NCBI RefSeq assembly: GCF_009914755.1
Contig: NC_060934.1
DNA from: the human T2T-CHM13v2.0 reference genome, Homo sapiens
DNA length: 64,000 bases
Direction: 5' to 3' (one strand)
Notes under the pieces: model-generated
The model's database searches: none
Told to the model about the DNA's origin: nothing
The model's input: only the letters and a program-made list of their open reading frames with translations
Shown: positions 52,821-64,000 of the stretch, one piece after another
How the letters are laid out: each line of letters begins with the position of its first letter
Numbering within the stretch: the stretch's first letter is position 1
Position numbers and translations under genes: made by a program

Positions 52821-53082
52821 TATATATAAAAATAAAGAAAAAAAAGGTTATACAGAAGCACAGAGAGGAGTCGAGAGGCCTGGTGAAGTTGCCTCTCATG
52901 CTGCAAGGTGTGTCACTGCTGGCTGTACACCTACAGGCACAACTAAGTGTCCACAGATTGGGGGAGTTCTTTTTTTGTTTGTTTTGTTGTTTTATCATAG
53001 AGAAAAAACTAAACTCAAATAACCAAAGAAATCCAAGACCAAAACTGCCCATATCCCCATCATCTAAACAAAGCAGTGCTGG

Positions 53083-53390
53083 TTTTTGTGTTGTTGTTGT
53101 TTTTTTTTTTTTTTTTGAGAAGGAGTTTCACTCTTGTCACCCAGGCTGGAGTGCAATAGCACAAATGCAACCTCCACCTCCCAGATTCAAGCAATTCTCC
53201 TGCCTCAGCCTCCTGAGTAGCTGGGATTACAAGTGTGCGCCACCATACCTGGCTAATTTTTGTATTTTTAGTAGAGATGGGGGTTTCACCACGCTGGTCA
53301 GGCTGGTCTCGAACCCCTGACCTCAGGTGATCCACCCACATCAGCCTTCCAAAGTGCTGGGATTATAGGTGTGAGCTACTGCACCCAGCC
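53083..53390 (-). mobile_element. AluSq/Sp-like
   Basis: gagtttcactcttgtc, gagtgcaat; TSD cagtgct at 53074-53080 and 53391-53397. Confidence 0.95.
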
Positions 53391-53652
53391 CAGTGCTCTC
53401 TTTTAACCACGTTACCTTGAAACCATGTTCATAGGAACATTCAAAGATGACCTATTTGTGGCAATGTCGGAGGCCTGACTGTGATATATTGCATATGTTC
53501 CGTTTACATCACACTAGGAACCTATCATTTTCCACAGCTTTTTTATCCTTTTCTCCCCAAAGTACCTAAGGTAACCCCACAAACATGACAGCATCTATGC
53601 ATCTATAAATGTAGATATAGGAGCATTTTGTTAGGAGAAAATGGGGTCCTGC

Positions 53653-53676
53653 TATATATATATATATATATATATA
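53653..53676 (+). repeat. (TA)12 microsatellite
   Basis: Read directly. Confidence 0.95.
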
Positions 53677-54584
53677 CTTCTCTGCAGCATGCTTTTCTCA
53701 TGTAACAATACAACATAGATAAGAGGAAGTTTATGTCACTGAAAAACCCTTTGACAAAGTTTTACAGAGAGTCCCAGGAAGCCTTTTACCTCTTCATAGA
53801 TGTTCTGTTAAGACCTCTTTGTCTGCTCCTAACTGATGAGCAGGTCCCCCTGAGGTGAGCAGACACACAGGAGTTAGACTCACCCCAGGCATGGCTCACT
53901 GGGAAAGCCATGTTATTAAAAGCCATATTATTAAAAGTCAGATCGACCTAAGTTTGAATCCTTCCTCTGCCACTTACTGGCTCTGTCACCCTTGGGTGCA
54001 GTATTGTTTCAGACAGTAAGCTAGCTTGGAGCACCTCACCAAGGTGCAGCAGCTGAAGAGCTACTCAAACCTGATGCAGGCCCATACTCAATTAACTTAC
54101 CCAGGACTTAGCCATAAGAAAAACTCAGAACATAAGCTAATGTTTTAATTCTAGCATACACATGAATGTTTCGTGTTATGAATTATTCTTATTTTGAATT
54201 ATATAGGGGGGTTACCATAATCTTTTTGGTGTTTAGCTATTCTAAGGATCTTAATCATGCTCCATTTTGGGAGGCAGGGGTGGGTCTCTAATGAAATAAA
54301 GACCTTTTTTGTCTCAAAAACAAGCTAATTAGCAGTTGGTCTCATGGTGCTATTGTGAAGACTGCAGGAGACAGATATATGAAAAGTGTTCTGCTCCATC
54401 CAGGCACAGTAGGTATTCCATAATATTCTCTTCAGAGTACAGTCCCTGTTGCCTTCCCATTTCTGCCCATTTTCCCCACCAATAGCCCTCAAGGTTTGAC
54501 TCCTGAAAGCACCTTCCTTAGTAAAGTTTTCTTTTTCTCTCTCTTTCCCTTATCTTCTTCAAATCCTTCACAAAGTTATCATTA

Positions 54585-55079
<495 letters not shown>

Positions 55080-56105
55080 TTAGATGTATGCTGGCATCCC
55101 TGCCCTTCCTTTCTTACCTTTGGCTGCCTCTGGCTATTTTCCCTGCTTATAGGCAGCCTCTTTCTTAGCTCAGTGCAGTACAAGTGTTAAATGCCTCATT
55201 AGCACTTTTTTTTTTTTTTTTTAGTGACTCAGAACAGTAGATGCCCTCAGGTGGCTCCTAAGACCAAAGGCACAGCTCAGGCTGTGGCAATAGAGCAGGA
55301 GCCTATGTGGACTCTGGACTCTCACATTTGTGCAAAACCCAAGAAGACTGCCACTTTCCTTCTGTCCTAGCTCTTCCAAAAGCCTTCATTTGGGGCTTTA
55401 CCCAGCTTCCAAGTTGTACAACCTACCTTTTTTTTTTTAACTTTTCAAGGCCAAAATATATTCTGTACGCACTGTTTAAAATAAATTACAGCTTTAAACA
55501 TTCAACGGAGTATCTCTGTAGCTTTCTAGTTGTTCAAAATAAAATTAAGTAGACATGCAAAAATAAAAGGGATTTTAAGGGAAAAAAATACTCATTGCTG
55601 TAATTTGTCTCCTAAATAATGACAATAGATGAGCTATAGCCTCTTTTGTCTGAAATTTCAGCTGTCTTTGTTTACTTCATGACACAGGGCCCAAGACCTA
55701 CATTATTGCATTAAGTTTGCAAAGCTATCAAGATGCCCTTGAGTAAGATTCATCATCTTGTCCTAAATTCTCCACACGCTCCACTAAAAGCCTAGTGGCA
55801 GACTGAAGGGATTGTCAGAAAGCATAAAAGACAAAATAAAAATTTTATGCTCTTTTAGGCAAGTGAAGATTTACCCTGTAGCAATTTCTGATATTAACTC
55901 ATTAATCCTCACAACCTATCTTGAGGATAGATTTTAGAAAGGAACAGCCCTTGTCATCTTACTTGCCTTCAAAACTTGTACCAAACAGAGAGCTGGTTCT
56001 TTCCTTGGTCTTGGTCTGAACATCTCTGCAGAGCCCAGGAGGAGTGGGAGAGAGGGACAGATGGAATTCAGAAGCACCTCTCTGACTCCCTTCTTCTCTT
56101 ATTAC

Positions 56106-56242
56106 CAGGACAGGTCATCATGTGGAACCCCATGCTGGGTCTAAAACTTTTGGTCGCCATCTTGAAATCCTTAATGAATGGTGATCAAGGACTCCTGCAT
56201 TTCCATTTTTCACTGGGCCCCACAAATTAGTAGCCAGTCCTG
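56106..56242 (+). mobile_element. MER91-like hAT-Tip100 MITE
   Basis: CAGGAC..GTCCTG termini; gccatcttgaaatcctta..cactgggccccacaaattagtagcc. Confidence 0.75.
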
Positions 56243-58499
56243 CTGTCACTCATCCCAGAATAAAAGATATCAGTAGTATAGCATGTGGGCCAACACATGT
56301 TCCCTTGATCTCCACACTGATGGTAACAATATAGTAGCAAAGTCCATATTTCTCATTAGTACTGTAGTTTTTCTCTGCTTGTACAAAATTGAATTGGGCT
56401 ATGTGCTTAGAATTTTATCTAAAACATAAGACAAGATATCAGTTTGCCTTCTTAAGTCTATTTATGTTACATTTACTTCATGTTTTCTTGGTTTGCAGTC
56501 CTGATTAATTTACCTTATAGTGTGTTTAATTATTGCCATATAATCCCATAACTTCTTTGCATGTGGCATCTCAACAATGTGCAACTTCTAATAGTCAGCA
56601 TGAAATCATAACTTAGAAAAACATTGCTGAGCTAATTACAGGGACAATCAAAATAAATCCAAATCTTTTCTGGGCCACAGTCCATATCTGAATCATAATA
56701 AGTGTGAAATGTTTACAAATCATTACAAATTTTCCACATAGTTTTGCTCAGCGTTAGGACCAGTCGTGTTTTTTCAGTCATTTGAGTCGATGTTTCAGAT
56801 CTCTCCAGTGAGAACACTGATTTTAGAAAACACTCAGCTTATTAGCAATTATAAAAATCAAAAGACAGATGTAAAATCAACTCTAAAATCTAGAATGTAA
56901 GAAACATCTTCATGGAATTATTTGTGTACCAGCATAAACATGATATATTATGTATTTTTAAAAAATAACACTTCACTGAAGTTATAAAGGCAAAAAAATG
57001 GAAGGAAACTAGCCAGGCACTTTAACTACTTTGTGTATTCCAGTGAATTCACATATTAAGAAAACTTTATTTAGAAGCCTAAAAATTGTACAATAATGAA
57101 GTAGTTTGTGTATGACAAAAATAACCGGGAATCATTTAATAAGTACTTGCCCATTATTGCTTTTATAACATTGGAATTGAGCTGCTAGCTCTGCATAATT
57201 TTAAGACTGACTTTTCATTAATTTATATAAGACTCATTGTACCTACTATGTGTAAGGCATTAGAAGAATCCATTGATGCTACATTTTTCTTACTCCTTCT
57301 TAGGTTCTTATTCCTGTTAGATTAAACTACTAGAAATATATTTTGGGGAACATTGAACTCAGGTCTTTCAAATCACATCTTTGCCAGTAAGAAGCCAGAT
57401 ATTAAATTTTAAAATTCAAGGAAGGCGGGCTGCATTTTGCATTCTGATAAAAAATGGTTTATATTTACTTAGGTCTAAAAATGAGCTGTAGGGAGTACAT
57501 GAACCCCCAAAACGCTATACAAAATTTGGGGTGGAAAAGCAGTTTTCTGGTATGAGTATTTGTGTCTTTCATCTGACTCAAAAAAATCCATGGCTCCAAG
57601 TACTAACAGACTGTCCAAAATACTGCATTCTTCTAGGGAACTCAGTCACTATCATGAGACTCATTGGTGCACTCAAAAACCACAAAGTCCAAAATAATTT
57701 TGTATTCTGAAAGTTCTCTGAGAGTTTACGGTTGCATCACTTTGTTGTACTTGGTATCATTTGGTTCTGTGATTATTTTCCTGTCAGTGAGGTATATATT
57801 CTCCATGGGGATGCAAACCACTTTGGAGCCATAATTATTTTTAGTCTACTGCAGCTTGGATAAACACTGTATCCTCAGACATTTGTGAAGTATCATCTGT
57901 AAATGCTTGAAGGATGCCAGAATTGAGAGCATACATTTCCTTGATAGCAACAAAAAAATAATTTCCAACTTGACTAATATTTTGTTAAATAATATGTGGG
58001 AAAATAAGAAGGATTACATGTTGATAATGCTGTAATTTGCTAAAAGTAGAAAATGTGGTTTTGGCCAAAATGATTCCAATGAATCCATTACAGTCTCATT
58101 TCTATCTTGCTTAATAAGACTTTTTTCTGAAGATGAAAATTCAGTTACATGATAATACAAAATAATGCCAGTAATTTGTCTTTGGTTTCAAAGCTTCAAA
58201 TACCACACTCCAGATTCAGAATTGCTCAGAATGTGCTATATTTATTATAATTAATCTAGACCTCCTGTCCAAGAATAGCAAACTCTTCTGTGGGTCACTG
58301 CTTTGGGAAGAGATTGAGAAAGTTTGAGTACAAATAGATGTAATTCTTTAAATACCTCCATGCTAATATACTATGTTCATAATGACTTTTAATCAGTGTA
58401 CAGGAAAATAATTCGATGTTATATAAAATAGAGAGCTGAGGTCACATCTAACACGAGACCTCAAATTTGGAACACACCAGTAGCTTTGGGAATATGTAG

Positions 58500-59015
58500 T
58501 GCATATTTTGGCCTACTTTTATCCATTGTCCTTCTCTCTGAGTAAGCATTCCCTAATCTCCTTTTGTGTGTCCTTGCTTCTCCAACATAGTATTTAGCAC
58601 AGGAAAAGCTGACTCTATTCTCCACACCAGAAATGGATTCTGGCTAACCAATTAACACATTCAATCTCTGACATAACAACCAGATCCTAGTGGGGGTCAA
58701 GGAAACACAAGAAGATCTTTGCTGAGAGTTTCTTTAAAAAATAAATTTCTATACTCTTCTTTGAGAGCTACCAAAAGAGATTTTCTTTCACTACTTAATT
58801 TGAATTAGGAAGCATTCAGTTCCCAGAAACTGAGCCTTTCTTGGATGAAGTAGACACTTTGGCAGGCAAAGAGGATAGTCAGAAAGTAAATGGGATCTTT
58901 GGTAACATGGTTTCAATTTCTGGATCAAACCTGGCCTGAATTCTGACCTACCTCTGACTCACCAGTAAGTCAATAAATTACCTTTTGGGTTGTTTTTGTT
59001 CTGTGTCATTCAGAC
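58500..59015 (+). mobile_element. Old MaLR LTR (MLT1K/L-like)
   Basis: ctggatcaaacctggcctgaa..agtcaataaattacctt. Confidence 0.65.
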
Positions 59016-59421
59016 AAGTTCAGCACACATAGGTCATGAAGTCCATAAATCTAGAAATATCACCAATAAGGAACATACTTGAACAAATTCACAAATTTTG
59101 TCTCTAAATACTATCACTATCACTTTTTTAAAAAATATGGAATGAGAAACATTTTTAAAGGTAGTGAAGCCCTTGAATTTTGTTTCCAGATTCAACTAAT
59201 CTAATAAGTATTTATTGAATGATAATGAGGGCAATATTTATTGACTACTCACTATGCTCATACAACTAAACAAATGCTATTTTGCTCATGAAGAAACTAA
59301 GGTTTAGGTTAAGTAACTTACCAAATGTCACTGAAGAAGTGGCAGGGTCAGTACTTGGATCCATGCCGGTCAGACAGCAAAGCTCAGCCTCTGAATCCAC
59401 CATGTATCCAAACATTAGTAA

Positions 59422-60042
<621 letters not shown>

Positions 60043-60061
60043 TAAATAATAATTTTTTTTT

Positions 60062-61283
<1,222 letters not shown>

Positions 61284-62519
61284 GAACTGAACAATACTTA
61301 ACTTCCCTTTCAGCTCTTAGTGTCCAGTGAGCCTTGTTGAAGGAAGATTTCACAGCAACCCTATGTGAGGTTACAGGTGTAGTCCTTGAATAGGAGACTA
61401 AAATCATCTACTGTATGTGATAATTAAGTAGATATTCCTTTTGTGACCTGATTTAATTCCTTTGATGACTTGATTTAATGTTTTCAATCATAATAATACT
61501 CAATTTTCTTTAGACATCTACCAGGTTGTATATAAACAAGCAAATGCATTCTGTTTACACCTTCTACTTCCCATAGCTCTAGACCCCACCGGTGGCACCT
61601 CTCAAAATTACTAATGGAACGTTATTCTACAGAACCTCTTTAGAGGAACACAAACTTTCAGAAGGAAAAGAAAATAAGGAATGTTTTGCAACATTACACA
61701 GAATAACCCAATCTAACAAACTGACACATTGCCAATAAAATATTGCCACTAAGCAATAAATAAGCACAGTAAGTCTGTGGGTGACTGGAAGCCACAAGAA
61801 CAATGTCAGGTATCTTGGGTCATTTCTAATTAACAGAAAAAGTTTTTTATTAATTGAACCTCTGGCCATGTAAAATCTGATGAGTGGCTTTGAGGAGTAA
61901 GTCACATTCTGGGAAAGGTGGGGCTAATTGAGTCCTTTCAGCCCTATTCTTACAAATATAATGAACTTAGTGGAATTTAAAAATGACTTAGGACCTGTGA
62001 AATATCTGGTAATTAATAAGCATAATATAATTCCTTCCTAAATTTGCCCCACAGAGTACCATATAACTCAATACTTTCTAGAGATACTTAATAGTAAAAA
62101 ATGGACTGACATTAATCACATTCAAATATTTATTGAAATAACATCCAGGAAGTCAATAACACTCTCTATTGTAGGTAGCATCCATTATTAATACAGTAAG
62201 TGTATTAACTGGTATTTGTTAATTATTCACATAGCAAATGATAAGAGTCCCACAAAAGCTGAAAGAGTTAAAGCAATTGTTTAATTTATGTAAAAGTAAG
62301 ACTGGCCACAATGACAACCTAGTGATTTAGCATTCACTCATTGGCAAGAAAGCCAGTTGTCATTATTTCTAAAAGAACAAAATACATTAATTCTTATTTT
62401 ATTTCACTTTCCAGGAACGTATTTATTGAACACGTGAGCATTAGGTACTACTTTTGTGTTGACTTGCCTACCCTCCCGTGAGAATTTTCTTTCTTAACCA
62501 GATTGTTCCTCTCTGACTA

Positions 62520-62965
62520 CTGAAAACATTTTACCGTATCAAATCATTCACCATATTTACATACTATTCCCTCACCTGGAACTGTATCCTCAACCTTGTC
62601 ACATTTAAAGGACCCAACCTTTAAACCTAGCTCCAATATTGCCACTATCCCCCTCCGAAACAAGGGGTGTCTGTTTGCCTTTTAACCTCGGGAGTCATTG
62701 TCTTCGTGAGCCTCACTCGCCTCAGTTTCAAATGTGCCTCCAATAAGCACTAAGGAGCCTGTTTCACTTGACTCCATAACGTACATTGCCTAGACCCCCC
62801 ACCTGACACTCCTTTTCATTCTCAATTTTCTTGCTATGTATGGGGTCCTCTCTGCAAGCAGTTCATAAGCAGCTTGGAGATAGACACCGTGCCTTGCCTC
62901 TCTCGGCATCCTCCACAGTATGTAAGACAATGACTAACCATCCAGGCTCACAATGTAAATACTGG
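62520..62965 (+). mobile_element. L2 fragments
   Basis: actattccctcacctggaac, cagcttggagatagacaccgtgccttg..ggctcacaatg. Confidence 0.5.
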
Positions 62966-64000
62966 GAGGATGACTTAGGCAGCATCTTCTTTTTCCTCAT
63001 TCACACTCAATTTGCAATTGATCACTAAATGCTACACAGACTACTTTGTATCTTTATATTCACTCTGCCATATCACTGGTTATTTTCCAATTATACGGGA
63101 GTTGGGAGGTGACATCAAGGAATCAGCTCTTTTGAGAAGTTTGGCTAGGAAAGAATGAATAAACCTAAGTTAATTGCTTAAAGAGAAGGCTGGATCAAGA
63201 AGGATTTTATGAGCAGGGCTTGGAGGGAAACATGAGAGTGTTTATAATAAGATGCAGAAAAGAGGACGGTGGAGCAAGAGAGATGGCTAGGACACAAGTT
63301 AGGATTCTGATGGGTAAAGTATAGGAAAGAGCGAGAATGCAATCAGGTGGAACAGTTTATAAGCTTTTTTAAAAATACACATTCGTGTGCTGGGAAAAAC
63401 TGGAGCACATCTAAATTTTCGAACAAAGCAGTTAGGTGGATGCCCATTTGAAACCCAATATGCACTGTGAAGACAGTAGATCGCCAGCATCATTGTGGGA
63501 TATTTAGCATGTGTTGAGCGCTCACCATCTCCCAGGCACCGTACCAGGGCGAACTTACATACATTATCTCATTCAATTACCGCCCTAGCAATTTAGCATG
63601 CTAACACCATGAAGTATTAAATGCAGCATAAAAAACCTCCACTAGGAAAGCTTATCAAAAGGGTTATTTTGCTTTTTAACTCAGTTGTAGCAGAATGTCT
63701 TGGTGCCATTTTACAGGAATTGAAGAGATGTATTTATATAGTGACTGCAACCAGAATAACTCCCTCCAAGAAAGTTCCCATGAGGCGGTTACAGTGCTCT
63801 TCTGGAGTTGTAATAAAGCAAATGATTCAGTAAGTTCAATCCTTCCATTGTGTGATTAACAGAGACAGAGAACATTACACAGATCACCAAACTGCAGCGT
63901 GCTCACAGCAAAGCACCACAGCCCCAGCCTGACAGCCCAGAGACCAATAGATACCGCTGTCCAGAAAAAAATACAGCCTTTCAGGTAAAAAAGCCTGGTT

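Overview
AT-rich, CpG-depleted primate (probably human) non-coding DNA, most likely a large intron or 5' region of a big gene. Much of it is decayed transposable elements: 9 near-full-length Alus (J, S and Y types, most with readable target-site duplications), one Alu monomer, L1 fragments of several ages (L1PA/PB, L1MA, L1MB/MC/ME), many MIR and L2 relics, MaLR LTRs (MLT1, THE1) and hAT DNA-transposon MITEs. No intact protein-coding gene, RNA gene or CRISPR-like array is supportable; the longer ORFs in the track are Alu-, L1- or chance-derived. The most informative unique segment is a TE-free ~3 kb block (about 44170-47270). It has local CpG retention, a G-quadruplex motif and a cluster of minus-strand splice donors, which looks like an alternative-promoter / 5'-UTR exon cluster of a minus-strand gene that I cannot name from sequence alone. 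Several short unique, motif-dense blocks are candidate enhancers. The clearest structural oddity is an L1MA/THE1 nest collapsed by a multi-kb deletion, leaving a chimeric ORF. I found no evidence of a novel multi-gene system. TE subfamily names are by-eye matches to remembered consensus sequences and boundaries are approximate.
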